A stretch of 32,000 nucleotides of DNA from Candidatus Saccharimonadota bacterium (GTDB lineage: Bacteria > Patescibacteriota > Gracilibacteria > UBA1369 > 2-02-FULL-48-14). The position numbers and the translations under genes are program-made. Each line of letters opens with the position of its first letter. Within the stretch, counting starts at the first letter, position 1. The notes under the pieces were generated by a model that was given only the letters and a program-made list of their open reading frames with translations, did no database searches and was not told where the DNA came from. Below are positions 8,594 to 17,296 of the stretch, piece after piece. The stretch spans positions 1,306,974 through 1,338,973 of the forward strand of contig CP064962.1 of the NCBI GenBank assembly GCA_016699145.1, in the 5' to 3' direction.

Positions 8594-9948
8594 GTTCGAT
8601 TGGGGTGGACCAAATTTTCTAAAGCGATGAGCTTCTTGTATTTTTCAGGAACTTTTTTCACAAAAGGGATTTTTTTAGCTTTGGATTCTTTCACCCACTC
8701 CGCCACTTCATGATAACCGAGCACGGGCGCCAAGGCTGTGGCCATCGCCGTACTGTTTTCCAAAACGATCTTCATTTGAGATGCGTTGGCCTCAATTCCT
8801 TCAATACAATGTTCGCGCAAAATTTGAAAACCCTGTGTCATGATTTCAATGGCATGCAAAAGATCGAACATGATGAGCGGTGTGTACCAATTGAGTTCCA
8901 ATTGACCGCGCTGTGCAGCCAGCGCAATGGCATGATCCATGGCCATGCTTTGCACGCAGATCATGCTCACACATTCTAAAACCGAAGGATTCACTTTTCC
9001 TGGCATGATAGAAGACCCAGGCTCCACTTCAGGCAGTTGAATTTCTGCAAAAGCCCCACTGGAGAGCAGGCGTAAATCATCGCTCATGCGTAAAACTTCA
9101 CTGGCGAGCCCTCGCAAAGCTCCAGAAACAGAAGCAAAAACCGCCATGCTGTTGTTGTTCTCAAAAGGATTCAAAGCTTGAAACTCAATGTCCAAACGTC
9201 GACTCAAATTTTTACGCATTTTTTCAGTAAATTTTGGATGAGTGTTGATGCCACTTCCTGTAGCAGTGGCCCCAATGCCGGTGTAGGTCAATTCTTCGGC
9301 TGCAAAATCCAAACGCTCCAAAGCATGTTCCAGAGCACTGGCATAGGATTTGAATTCTTGGCCCAGCGTTACGGGCACGGCATCCTGCAAATGAGTGCGG
9401 CCCACTTTCAAGATTTTTTCAAATTTCTTTGCTTTCTTTTCCAAAGCTTCAATCAAATCCAAACCACTCACCACCAGTCCTCCCAAATCCATCAGGGCTG
9501 CGAGCCGAATGGCCGTGGGAATCACATCGTTGGACGATTGACTCATGTTCACGTGATTGTTGGGGTGCACCCGCTTGTATTCCCCCTTTTTTCCACCCAA
9601 AAGTTCACTGGCTCGATTGGCTAAAATTTCATTCAAATTCATATTGAAAGGGGTGCCAGCTCCCGCTTGATAAACATCCAACTGAAAATCTGCATCGAAT
9701 TTTCCATCTAAAAATTCTTCTCCTGCTTGAACAATGGCCGCCGCACTTTTTTTAGGCAGATGACCCAACGCCGCATTCACTTCCGCCGCTGCCATTTTAA
9801 TGAGAGCCAAGCTGACACGAAAAGAATCGGGCGCTTTGAGATTTGAAATTTTAAAATTGGCTAAGGCCCGCGCAGTGAAACTCCCCCCATAACTCTCTGA
9901 AGGGACCTGAACAGAACCCAATGCATCGATTTCAGTACGAGTTTTCAT
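8590..9948 (-). CDS. aspA: Class II fumarase/aspartase-family lyase, most likely aspartate ammonia-lyase
   Basis: Family signature GSSIMPGKVNPS, plus GRTHLQDAVPVTLGQEF and SQSSNDVIPT. The N-terminal motifs YGG..T.RAL.NF.IS and VYQAGAGT resemble E. coli AspA (YYGVHTLRAIENFYIS, VYQGGAGT) more than FumC (LWGAQTQRS, IWQTGSGT). The PGK in the SS loop is FumC-like, so the substrate call is tentative. Confidence 0.85.
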   Translation of the reverse strand: MKTRTEIDALGSVQVPSESYGGSFTARALANFKISNLKAPDSFRVSLALIKMAAAEVNAALGHLPKKSAAAIVQAGEEFLDGKFDADFQLDVYQAGAGTPFNMNLNEILANRASELLGGKKGEYKRVHPNNHVNMSQSSNDVIPTAIRLAALMDLGGLVVSGLDLIEALEKKAKKFEKILKVGRTHLQDAVPVTLGQEFKSYASALEHALERLDFAAEELTYTGIGATATGSGINTHPKFTEKMRKNLSRRLDIEFQALNPFENNNSMAVFASVSGALRGLASEVLRMSDDLRLLSSGAFAEIQLPEVEPGSSIMPGKVNPSVLECVSMICVQSMAMDHAIALAAQRGQLELNWYTPLIMFDLLHAIEIMTQGFQILREHCIEGIEANASQMKIVLENSTAMATALAPVLGYHEVAEWVKESKAKKIPFVKKVPEKYKKLIALENLVHPNRT

Positions 9949-9963
9949 GAGAAGGAGGAAAGT

Positions 9964-10602
9964 TTAAAAGAGATTTTCTTCAGGCTTAGTTTTACCTAAA
10001 AATCCTTGCGCGACAATATAGGTTTCATAGCTTCGGTCGCGACAAGCTTCGGGTTTAAAAACATTCACCGTTCTAAAATGACGTTTCACTTTTCGCAAAA
10101 CGCGTTGAAACTCACTGCCTTCAAAAATCTTTCCAACAAAATAGCCGCCTGGTTTTAAAATCTGTATAGCCAAGTAAGCCGCTTGATCGGTGAGTTCCGC
10201 CGAAAGTCCGGTGTCCATGTCTTTCACACCACTGGTTTTTGGAGCTAAATCGCTGGTCACGCCATCGACTTTCTGAAACCCATTCTTTTCAAGGGTTTCA
10301 AAAAAAACTTCTTTCTCAAAAATGTCCCCTTGCGCGGTTTTCATGTTGGCTTGAGGGAAAGTTTCCATTGCCTGCAAATCCACTCCCAATACCTGCCCTT
10401 GCATTCCAACGAGTTCGGCAATCACTTGCATGAAACTGCCCGGAGCTGCTCCTAAATCCACCACCATTTGTCCAGGTTTAATCAGATGAAATTTCTTTTG
10501 TATATCTAAAAGTTTAAAAGCGCTGCGCGCTCGATAGCCCTTTTGTTTGGCGAGCAAAAAGTACTTGTCTTGAACTTGGTAAGGGTGAGGTTTTTTAGGC
10601 AT
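9964..10602 (-). CDS. rlmE: 23S rRNA (uridine-2'-O)-methyltransferase RlmE/FtsJ
   Basis: YRARSAFKLLDIQKKFHLIKPG..VVDLGAAPGSFMQV and ..VTSDLAPKTSG.. are classic FtsJ motifs. The ORF track starts at a GTG (10620). I prefer the ATG at 10602, which sits 1 nt after the rsmG stop. Confidence 0.9.
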   Translation of the reverse strand: MPKKPHPYQVQDKYFLLAKQKGYRARSAFKLLDIQKKFHLIKPGQMVVDLGAAPGSFMQVIAELVGMQGQVLGVDLQAMETFPQANMKTAQGDIFEKEVFFETLEKNGFQKVDGVTSDLAPKTSGVKDMDTGLSAELTDQAAYLAIQILKPGGYFVGKIFEGSEFQRVLRKVKRHFRTVNVFKPEACRDRSYETYIVAQGFLGKTKPEENLF

Positions 10603-10603
10603 C

Positions 10604-11320
10604 TTATAAAGGTTTAGCACTGGGAACCCCCACTCGTCGAGGGTAGGATGCAGACAAGGATTTCACTTTTTCAAAGCGTAAAATCACGCGCTCTTCAGAA
10701 CCCGCAAGGGAATAGATAAAAGAATCGCGATACAGCAGCCCCAATTCCGCTTGAGCTCTTTGAGAAGTTGTCAATTCTTCCAGGTATTCAGGTCCCTTCC
10801 AAGCGTAAAGATGCCCACCAACTTTTAAAAAACTTGAGGAGTATTCCAAAAGCACCGGCAAAGCCGCTAAAGCGCGTGCCGTCACAAAATCAAAACGCTC
10901 CCGATATTTTTTTTCATGACCCAATTCTTCCAAACGTCCCACAAGCGTGCTGGCATTTTTAAGTTTCAAAGCCTCAATCATCTGCTGCACGGCTTTCATT
11001 TTTTTTTCACGAGCATCCACCAAAGTGAACTTCACCTCCGGGCAACTCACTGCCAAAGCCAACCCTGGCAATCCGCCCCCGGTGCCCACATCCATACCCT
11101 GGGCCCCTTTTTTCACCATCCAAAATTCAAGCACCGCCAGACTGTCGGGCAAATGCTTCTCCCCAATCTTCAATCGATCTCCCGCTGAAAACAGATTAAG
11201 CTCCTGGCTCTTCTGTTCCAATAGGCTCTGGAGTAGGGGAAGGTTCATGGGGTTCAGAAACGGGTTCAAGGGGCTCTTCATTTTCAATGCCTTCAGGATT
11301 CTCAAGGGGTTCTTCCGCAA
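10604..11320 (-). CDS. rsmG: 16S rRNA (guanine527-N7)-methyltransferase RsmG/GidB
   Basis: HLPDSL...DVGTGGGLPGLALAV..PEVKFTLVDAREKKMKAVQ...DFVTARALA is typical GidB. The start is uncertain. Internal ATGs at 11281 and 11248 would shorten the overlap with the upstream lipoprotein gene. Confidence 0.85.
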   Translation of the reverse strand: MRKNPLRILKALKMKSPLNPFLNPMNLPLLQSLLEQKSQELNLFSAGDRLKIGEKHLPDSLAVLEFWMVKKGAQGMDVGTGGGLPGLALAVSCPEVKFTLVDAREKKMKAVQQMIEALKLKNASTLVGRLEELGHEKKYRERFDFVTARALAALPVLLEYSSSFLKVGGHLYAWKGPEYLEELTTSQRAQAELGLLYRDSFIYSLAGSEERVILRFEKVKSLSASYPRRVGVPSAKPL

Positions 11321-11705
11321 GGGGTTCTTCCACCGCAGGCTCGCCCTGCAAAGTCAGCTCAATGGAAGCCGAAGCCGTCTCGGTGGTCGTAGGGTCAAAA
11401 ACAGTAGCGGTCACTTCACAAGCCGCCCCTGTAGGTAAATCTTTCATCAGAGTCAAAGGAAGTTTGTGCACGGTAGAAACAGGACTATCCTCGTCCACAA
11501 TCGGCAAAAGTTCCAAGGGTTCAGCCCCGTCACAGCTCACTTTGGAGATGTAAGCCAAGGTGGGCTGACTCACCACAAAGTCCAAGGTGCTGACTGCAGG
11601 ATCCACCACCGAGCCTGGGGCATTGGTGAAGGTGAGGGTATAAGGTGCAACTAAAGAACAGCCGGCGCTGAGCAGCAAAGCGGCAAAGGAAAGAGTCTTT
11701 TTCAT
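11196..11705 (-). CDS. Putative lipoprotein with an E/P-rich C-terminal tail, function unknown
   Basis: Lipobox signal peptide MKKTLSFAALLLSAGC. The acidic Pro-rich tail EEPLAEEPLENPEGIENEEPLEPVSEPHEPSPTPEP overlaps the annotated 5' end of rsmG. Confidence 0.6.
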   Translation of the reverse strand: MKKTLSFAALLLSAGCSLVAPYTLTFTNAPGSVVDPAVSTLDFVVSQPTLAYISKVSCDGAEPLELLPIVDEDSPVSTVHKLPLTLMKDLPTGAACEVTATVFDPTTTETASASIELTLQGEPAVEEPLAEEPLENPEGIENEEPLEPVSEPHEPSPTPEPIGTEEPGA

Positions 11706-11735
11706 GGCGTTTTAAAAGGATTCAAGAAGACGATA

Positions 11736-12449
11736 CTAGCGGTATTGAACCAATGCAAGAGCTGCGATCACCGCCGTTTCCATGCGCAGCACCGTTTCTC
11801 CCAATAAAAACACTCGAGCATCCTTTGCTCTTAAAGCAGAGAGTTCCTCAGAACTGAGTCCGCCTTCAGGACCAATGAAAAGATTCACATCTTCTGCATT
11901 TGAGGGTAAAAGAGCAGCCAAAGGCCCATCGTAGTCCCACGCATCACCCACCAAGCTTGTGCCTTTAGGAAAGTTCATGAGCAAATCTTTAAAAGAAAGC
12001 AGTCCATGCAAGTGAGGCAAATGATTGCGCTCGCATTGTTCTGCCGCTTCTTTCATAATGGCAAGCAAACGGTCATTTTTACGCAATTCATGCACTTGAG
12101 TGCGTTCGGTTTCGAGTGGAATCAGCTCGGTGACGCCCATTTCGCTGGCTTTTTCAACGATCCATTCAAAGGTGGACGGTTTTTTTGAAAGAGCCACATA
12201 CAAACGCAGCGCTCGTTTAGGCGCAGTCACTCGCTCACGCGCTTCGATTCTAAACATGGCTTCCTTGGAGTGAAATTCTTCTAAAACAGCTTTGGCTTTG
12301 CCCCCGCGATTGTCTAAAAGCACGCAAGTATCCCCTTTGCGAAAACGCAGTACATCCTTCATTTGATGTAAAAGATTTTTTTCAGTGATATGAACTGAAG
12401 GGGCGCTCAAATCTGCATCCAAAAAAAAGTGTTGAATTTGTCGCATCAT
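11736..12449 (-). CDS. rsmE: 16S rRNA (uracil1498-N3)-methyltransferase RsmE
   Basis: PUA-like N-terminus (HQMKDVLRFRKGD) and C-terminal SPOUT motifs (FIGPEGGLSSEEL, LLGETVLRMETA). Overlaps the polX stop by 4 nt (ATGA). Confidence 0.85.
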   Translation of the reverse strand: MMRQIQHFFLDADLSAPSVHITEKNLLHQMKDVLRFRKGDTCVLLDNRGGKAKAVLEEFHSKEAMFRIEARERVTAPKRALRLYVALSKKPSTFEWIVEKASEMGVTELIPLETERTQVHELRKNDRLLAIMKEAAEQCERNHLPHLHGLLSFKDLLMNFPKGTSLVGDAWDYDGPLAALLPSNAEDVNLFIGPEGGLSSEELSALRAKDARVFLLGETVLRMETAVIAALALVQYR

Positions 12450-13423
12450 TGAAAGTGGTGACGTTCTTGCGGAGTCATATAAGGCATTTCCAGTGCTTCA
12501 AACATTTCTTCCTCCGTTTTGCCAGCAAGTTTTTCTTCCCCCTGATACACGCCATATTCATTGATTTTGAGGCCTCGTTTCAAAGCCAAAGTGCGCACAT
12601 GGATATTGAATTGCTTGGGGCCGGTGAAATAAAAAAGAGCCGCTCCAAAACTGTCTTCATCCACCACGCGAAAATCCACCTGAAGGTTGCCATGAATCAC
12701 CACGCTGGATTTGGTTTCCCCTTCGGCAAGCACAGTTTGAACTTTAGGGTAAGCAATGAAATACTTCATAAGTGCTGCAACCGTTTCAGTACTCATATTT
12801 TTCCCTCCGGTAGCCAAAAGATCCAAATCGCCAATGGTGCTTTGCCCTCTTCGCAAACTGCCCGCATAAACCACTTCTTTAATGAGAAGATTTTTTCGCA
12901 AATAACTCAAATAGGCTTCGGCCTCCGGCAAAGCCACTTCATGAGGAGTGCGTGTCTTACTTTGAGTGTTTTCATTCAACGCCACCAAAATGGCGGACTG
13001 ACTTTTTTCACCCATCCCTGGCAGAGTCGCCAGGGCACCGCTTTCGGCGGCACTGCGGAGTTGCTCCAAACTTTGAATGCCCAATTGCTCATAAAAGAGC
13101 TTCACTTTTTTAGGACCGATGCCGCGCACTCGCAAAATGTCCAAAATGCCCGGAGACAGTTTTTTCATGAGTCGTTCATGCATTTCACAGTGCCCGGTTT
13201 CTAAAATTTCCACGATTTTTGCATGCAAATCTTTGCCAATGCCAGGAATTTCCTCTAAATCTGCATCGCGATTTTTATGCATTTCTTTCAGGTCACTCAG
13301 CCCCCGAATGACTTCTGCTGCTCGGCGATAGGCTCGCACGCGAAACACATTTTCCCCAAGCACGTCGAGCATGTCGGCGATCTCTTCAAAAATTTGAACA
13401 ATGTGATCGTTTGCAAGAGACAT
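12446..13423 (-). CDS. polX: Family X DNA polymerase, Pol-beta-like core only (no PHP domain)
   Basis: N-terminal 8-kDa/HhH region (IFEEIADMLDVLGENVFRVRAYRRAA, GIGKDL, GIGPKK). Nucleotidyltransferase motif GSLRRGQSTIGDLDLL. Ends at ...MPYMTPQERHHFQ, the linker that normally precedes the PHP domain in bacterial PolX. Confidence 0.85.
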   Translation of the reverse strand: MSLANDHIVQIFEEIADMLDVLGENVFRVRAYRRAAEVIRGLSDLKEMHKNRDADLEEIPGIGKDLHAKIVEILETGHCEMHERLMKKLSPGILDILRVRGIGPKKVKLFYEQLGIQSLEQLRSAAESGALATLPGMGEKSQSAILVALNENTQSKTRTPHEVALPEAEAYLSYLRKNLLIKEVVYAGSLRRGQSTIGDLDLLATGGKNMSTETVAALMKYFIAYPKVQTVLAEGETKSSVVIHGNLQVDFRVVDEDSFGAALFYFTGPKQFNIHVRTLALKRGLKINEYGVYQGEEKLAGKTEEEMFEALEMPYMTPQERHHFQ

Positions 13424-13489
13424 GAATCCAGCTAAGTCACATTCAGTATAGAAGCTTTCTTTTTCTTAAGGAACCCCTAAAATACAAAC

Positions 13490-14724
13490 ATGGACATTCT
13501 TGTGATTGGAGGAGGGGCAGCCGGCATGATGGCCGCAGTGGAGGCTGTGCAAAATCCTCAGGCCAAAGTGATGCTCATCGAAAAAAATCCAGGCCTCGGA
13601 CACAAAGTGCTCATTTCGGGTGGAGGTCGCTGCAACGTGACCACCGGTTTTCACGATCTTCGAGCTCTTGTTCAACGCTATCCACGTGGAGGAAAATTCT
13701 TGCAATCGGCTTTTTATCGTTTTTCACCTCAGGCTGTGATGGATTGGTTTGAGACCCACGACGTGCCCTTAAAAGTGGAGGCAGACGGACGCGTTTTTCC
13801 TCAATCCGACAATGGCAAGGATGTGCTGGGCGCTCTCGAAAAATCCCTTCAAGCAAAGGGAGCAAAAATTCTGCTGCGAAAAGAAGTCGCCTCCATTCAA
13901 AAAGAGAGGCGTTTTCTCGTAACTCTCAAGTCCGGCGAAAGCTTCGAAGTGGACAAAGTCATTCTCACAACCGGTGGACAGGCCTATCGACACACGGGTT
14001 CCACAGGGGACGGCTATAGCTTTGCCGAAAGCTTGGGACATCACATCACACCGCTCGCTCCCAGCCTCAACTCTTTCATTGTGAAAGAAAATGGCCTCGT
14101 GAATTGGCGGGAGTTTCCCTCAAAAAAGTTCAGCTCAAAATCAAAACGAAGCAAAAATATGAATGGACGGGACCCATCCTCTTCACTCATAGAGGCATCA
14201 CGGGGCCAGCTGTTTTTGCGCTTTCTTCCATGATCGCTTTTGAAAATTACAGTGAAAAAGAACCGCTACTCCTACTCTTAGATTTTTGCCCGGACACCAA
14301 GGCCAATGTGCTGGAAGAAGAGCTAACGAAAGAACTCAAAGAAAACCCAAAAAAACAATTCAACAATCTGCTCGCTCGCTTCGTTCCTCGCTCGCTCGCC
14401 TTAAAACTCTGCGAAGCTCTGGCCCTCCCCGAAGAAAAAATCAGTGCCGAACTCAGCAAAAAAGATTTTCACCGAACACTTGAACTGCTTAAAAATTGCC
14501 CCATACAACTCATCGGGCGTGCCGCCGGGGAAGAATTCGTCACTGCCGGGGGAGTGGACACCGATGAAGTCGATCCTCGCAGCATGGAATCCAAAATCTG
14601 TCCCGACCTTTATTTTGCCGGAGAAATTTTAAACGTGGATGGCTTCACGGGCGGTTTCAATTTACAAGCCGCTTGGGCCACCGGACATCTGGCAGGGGTC
14701 AGCGCCGCAGAACTCAAGGCTTGA
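13490..14724 (+). pseudogene. HI0933/YhiN-family NAD(P)/FAD-dependent oxidoreductase, split by a 1-nt frameshift in an A-run near 14084-14092
   Basis: The N-terminal ORF (13490-14233) has MDILVIGGGAAGMMAA and ISGGGRCNVT. The C-terminal ORF (14104-14724) has FTHRGITGPAVF and GEILNVDGFTGGFNLQAAWATG. Homology-like continuity switches frame at gtgaaagaaaatgg. Adding one A would give ...PSLNSFIVKEKWPRELAGVSLKKV... Confidence 0.8.
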
Positions 14725-14734
14725 AGCTTCTTGT

Positions 14735-14763
14735 TTTGCAAAGGCCATAAGGTGGTTTATAAT
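14735..14763 (+). promoter_or_regulatory. Candidate promoter TTTGCA-17-TATAAT for msrB
   Basis: TTTGCA at 14735-14740 and TATAAT at 14758-14763. The ATG at 14785 is 21 nt downstream. Confidence 0.4.
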
Positions 14764-14784
14764 GAAATTCGTCTATTCCACTCC

Positions 14785-15180
14785 ATGCCTCCATTCAATA
14801 AGGAAGAGCTCAAAGCCCGTCTGACCGCCGAGCAATATCGAGTGACCCAAGAAAAAGGCACCGAAGCTCCTTTTACAGGTGAATACGACCGAGTTTTCAC
14901 GCCTGGTACTTATCAATGTGTGGTTTGTGGAAGCCCTCTTTTTGTTTCTGACCATAAATTCGATGCTGGTTGCGGTTGGCCCAGTTTCGACCGCAGCGCC
15001 GACAAAAACGCAGTGACTGAACACGAAGATTCCAGCCATGGCATGCGCCGAACCGAAGTCGTGTGCACTCAGTGCGGGGCTCATCTCGGTCACGTTTTCA
15101 ACGATGGTCCTCGTGAAAGCACGGGCCTTCGTTACTGCATCAATTCCGCCTCGCTCAAACTTAACCCCAAAGTCCCATGA
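14785..15180 (+). CDS. msrB: Peptide-methionine (R)-S-oxide reductase MsrB
   Basis: CVVCGSPLF...GCGWPSF...[16 protein letters not shown]...RYCINSASL: two CxxC zinc motifs and the catalytic RYCINS. I prefer the ATG at 14785 over the TTG at 14731. A TATAAT box lies at 14758-14763. Confidence 0.9.
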   Translation: MPPFNKEELKARLTAEQYRVTQEKGTEAPFTGEYDRVFTPGTYQCVVCGSPLFVSDHKFDAGCGWPSFDRSADKNAVTEHEDSSHGMRRTEVVCTQCGAHLGHVFNDGPRESTGLRYCINSASLKLNPKVP

Positions 15181-15680
15181 GCATCAAAGACCTTTTCCAC
15201 CGTTTCTCAACCCTTGTGGCAGCAGCCACGGGTTCGCCTTTTTCTTTTATTTTAGCGGTCTTCATCATCGCCGTATGGGGCATCACGGGGCCTGCCTTTG
15301 ATTTTTCAGACACCTGGCAACTGGTGATCAACACGGGCACCACCATCGTAACTTTCTTAATGGTTTTCCTCATCCAAAACACTCAAAATCGCGACGCAAG
15401 GGCTATGCATTTAAAGTTGGATGAACTCATTCGCTCCATCAAAGGGGCTCGCACAGAACTGGTAGACCTGGAAGAACTCACCGACGAAGAGTTGGATCTT
15501 TTAGAAACCGAATTCCGACGTTTGCACAATGAAAGTTATGGGCATGTGCTCAAGGACTTGCACAAAAACATCAAACTCGCAGCCCGTAACCGCGCCGCAG
15601 CAGCTCCCAATTCAAAAGGCCAAGGCCGAGGCAACAAGTCGATAAAAAAGCCAAACTCATCCACACATTCACGTCGCTGA
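15177..15680 (+). CDS. Low-affinity iron permease family (PF04120-like) membrane protein
   Basis: [48 protein letters not shown] matches my recollection of the conserved core of this family. The start overlaps the msrB stop (ATGA). The basic low-complexity C-tail overlaps the 3' end of the convergent permease gene. Confidence 0.75.
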   Translation: MSIKDLFHRFSTLVAAATGSPFSFILAVFIIAVWGITGPAFDFSDTWQLVINTGTTIVTFLMVFLIQNTQNRDARAMHLKLDELIRSIKGARTELVDLEELTDEELDLLETEFRRLHNESYGHVLKDLHKNIKLAARNRAAAAPNSKGQGRGNKSIKKPNSSTHSRR

Positions 15681-16344
15681 ATCCAAAAAAGCCAAAGCGA
15701 AATCCATCCACCATATAAAGAATAGGATTGAATTTCGACAAAGTTTGAAACAGGGGAGGCAAACTTTCTATGGAATAAAAAACGCCGCCAAAATAAGTGA
15801 GAGGCGTGAGGATGAAGGTCTGAAAAACGCTGATGTCGTCGAATTTGCGTGCAAAAAGGCCGTTTAAAAAGCCGGCTAAAGCAAAGAGCGTAGAGGTTAA
15901 AAACAAAAAAGCAACAATGAAAAAAGGATGCATCACCTGCACTTCCACAAAAAAGAAAGCCACGGCAAAAATCAAAACACCCACCAAAAGACCTCGCAGC
16001 ATTCCACCAAAGGTATACCCGGCCAAAACGACTTCCTTCGAAGTGGGGGAGACAAGGATTTCTTCAATAGAATGTTGGAATTTACTGCCAAAAAAAGAGC
16101 TCACCACATTCGCAAAGGAACTGTTGATAACGCCCATCATCACCAGTCCCGGTAAAATAAAACTCATATAAGGCACTCCTTGCATTTCTTGGATTTGCGC
16201 CCCGATGAAAGCACCAAAAATAATGAAATACAGGCTTTGATTGATGAGAGGGGGCAACAAAGTTTGCGGCCAAATCCGCATGAAGCGCGTCACTTCTTTG
16301 CCCACGATGGTTTTGAATGCAATCCATTGAATGCTCCACATCAT
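15571..16344 (-). CDS. yadH: ABC-2 type transporter permease (YadH-like)
   Basis: Appears collinear end to end with E. coli YadH as I recall it (W.A.K.I..KE..RFMRIW.QTL.PP...LYFIIFG...LTPLTY.GGVFYS...L.RG.GLR at the extreme C-terminus). This supports the full length down to 15571. Confidence 0.85.
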   Translation of the reverse strand: MMWSIQWIAFKTIVGKEVTRFMRIWPQTLLPPLINQSLYFIIFGAFIGAQIQEMQGVPYMSFILPGLVMMGVINSSFANVVSSFFGSKFQHSIEEILVSPTSKEVVLAGYTFGGMLRGLLVGVLIFAVAFFFVEVQVMHPFFIVAFLFLTSTLFALAGFLNGLFARKFDDISVFQTFILTPLTYFGGVFYSIESLPPLFQTLSKFNPILYMVDGFRFGFFGFSDVNVWMSLAFLSTCCLGLGLLNWELLRRGYGLRV

Positions 16345-17246
16345 GATTCCATTAGGTTAAGAAAAAGTTGTTCCAATCGATTGCCTTTTCGTTCAATAGA
16401 AAGTGCCGTCATGCCTGCTTTGGAAAGCGCCTCAATTAAATCCGTAAGGGTGTCTTCTTTTTTCAGGGTCACCTCGAGTCCATTTTCTTCCGCTTCTTTC
16501 ACGGAATAGGCTTTAAGTAGATCCAATTTTCTAAGCTGATCCACTTGAATGTGATACACCGACTCATCCAAAGAATGCAGCACGCTTTTCATGCTGCCAT
16601 GACGAACCACTTCTCCTTTTTTAATGATCGCAACATTTTTGCACAGCTGCTCCGCTTCTTCCAAATAATGTGTGGTGAGTAAAATGGTCACGCCTTTTTT
16701 ATTGAGTTCTCGCAAGTAATCCCACATGCTGCGTCGAAGTTCCACGTCCACTCCAGCCGTGGGTTCATCCAGCAATAAAAGTTCAGGTTCATGAATCAGG
16801 GCGCGTGCGATCAAAAGTCGCCGTTTCATTCCCCCAGAAAGCGTGCGGGAGGCCTGGTGGCGTTTTTCCCAAAGACCCAAAGCTTTCATCAGAACTTCAG
16901 CTCGTTTTTGAGCCTGAACTTTGGGGACTCCAAAATAGCCCCCTTGCGTCACCAAAATATCCTCTACTTTTTCAAAAATATTGAAGTTGAATTCTTGAGG
17001 AACCAAACCCACTTTCATCTTGGCCTTATTCGGTTCTTTCACAACGTTATGATCAAAAATGGACAAAGTACCGCTGCTCGGGTTCACCAAGCCCGTGAGT
17101 CCACCGATCAGCGTGGTTTTACCCGCGCCATTCGCCCCCAAAAGAGCAAAAAAATCCCCTTTCTTCACCTCAAGATCCACTCCTTTTAGAGCCTCCACTC
17201 CATTGGGGTAAACTTTTTTAAGTTGATGGATAGAAATGGCGTTCAT
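16341..17246 (-). CDS. yadG: ABC transporter ATP-binding protein (YadG-like)
   Basis: Walker A GANGAGKTT, signature LSGGMKRRL, Walker B LLLLDEPTAGVD. The ATG at 17246 is preceded by a strong SD (minus strand: gtataAGGAGGgggATG). Overlaps the permease start by 4 nt. Confidence 0.9.
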   Translation of the reverse strand: MNAISIHQLKKVYPNGVEALKGVDLEVKKGDFFALLGANGAGKTTLIGGLTGLVNPSSGTLSIFDHNVVKEPNKAKMKVGLVPQEFNFNIFEKVEDILVTQGGYFGVPKVQAQKRAEVLMKALGLWEKRHQASRTLSGGMKRRLLIARALIHEPELLLLDEPTAGVDVELRRSMWDYLRELNKKGVTILLTTHYLEEAEQLCKNVAIIKKGEVVRHGSMKSVLHSLDESVYHIQVDQLRKLDLLKAYSVKEAEENGLEVTLKKEDTLTDLIEALSKAGMTALSIERKGNRLEQLFLNLMES

Positions 17247-17296
17247 CCCCCTCCTTATACGCCACCCACAAAGCTCCGGCAATCATTCCAGTGAAA

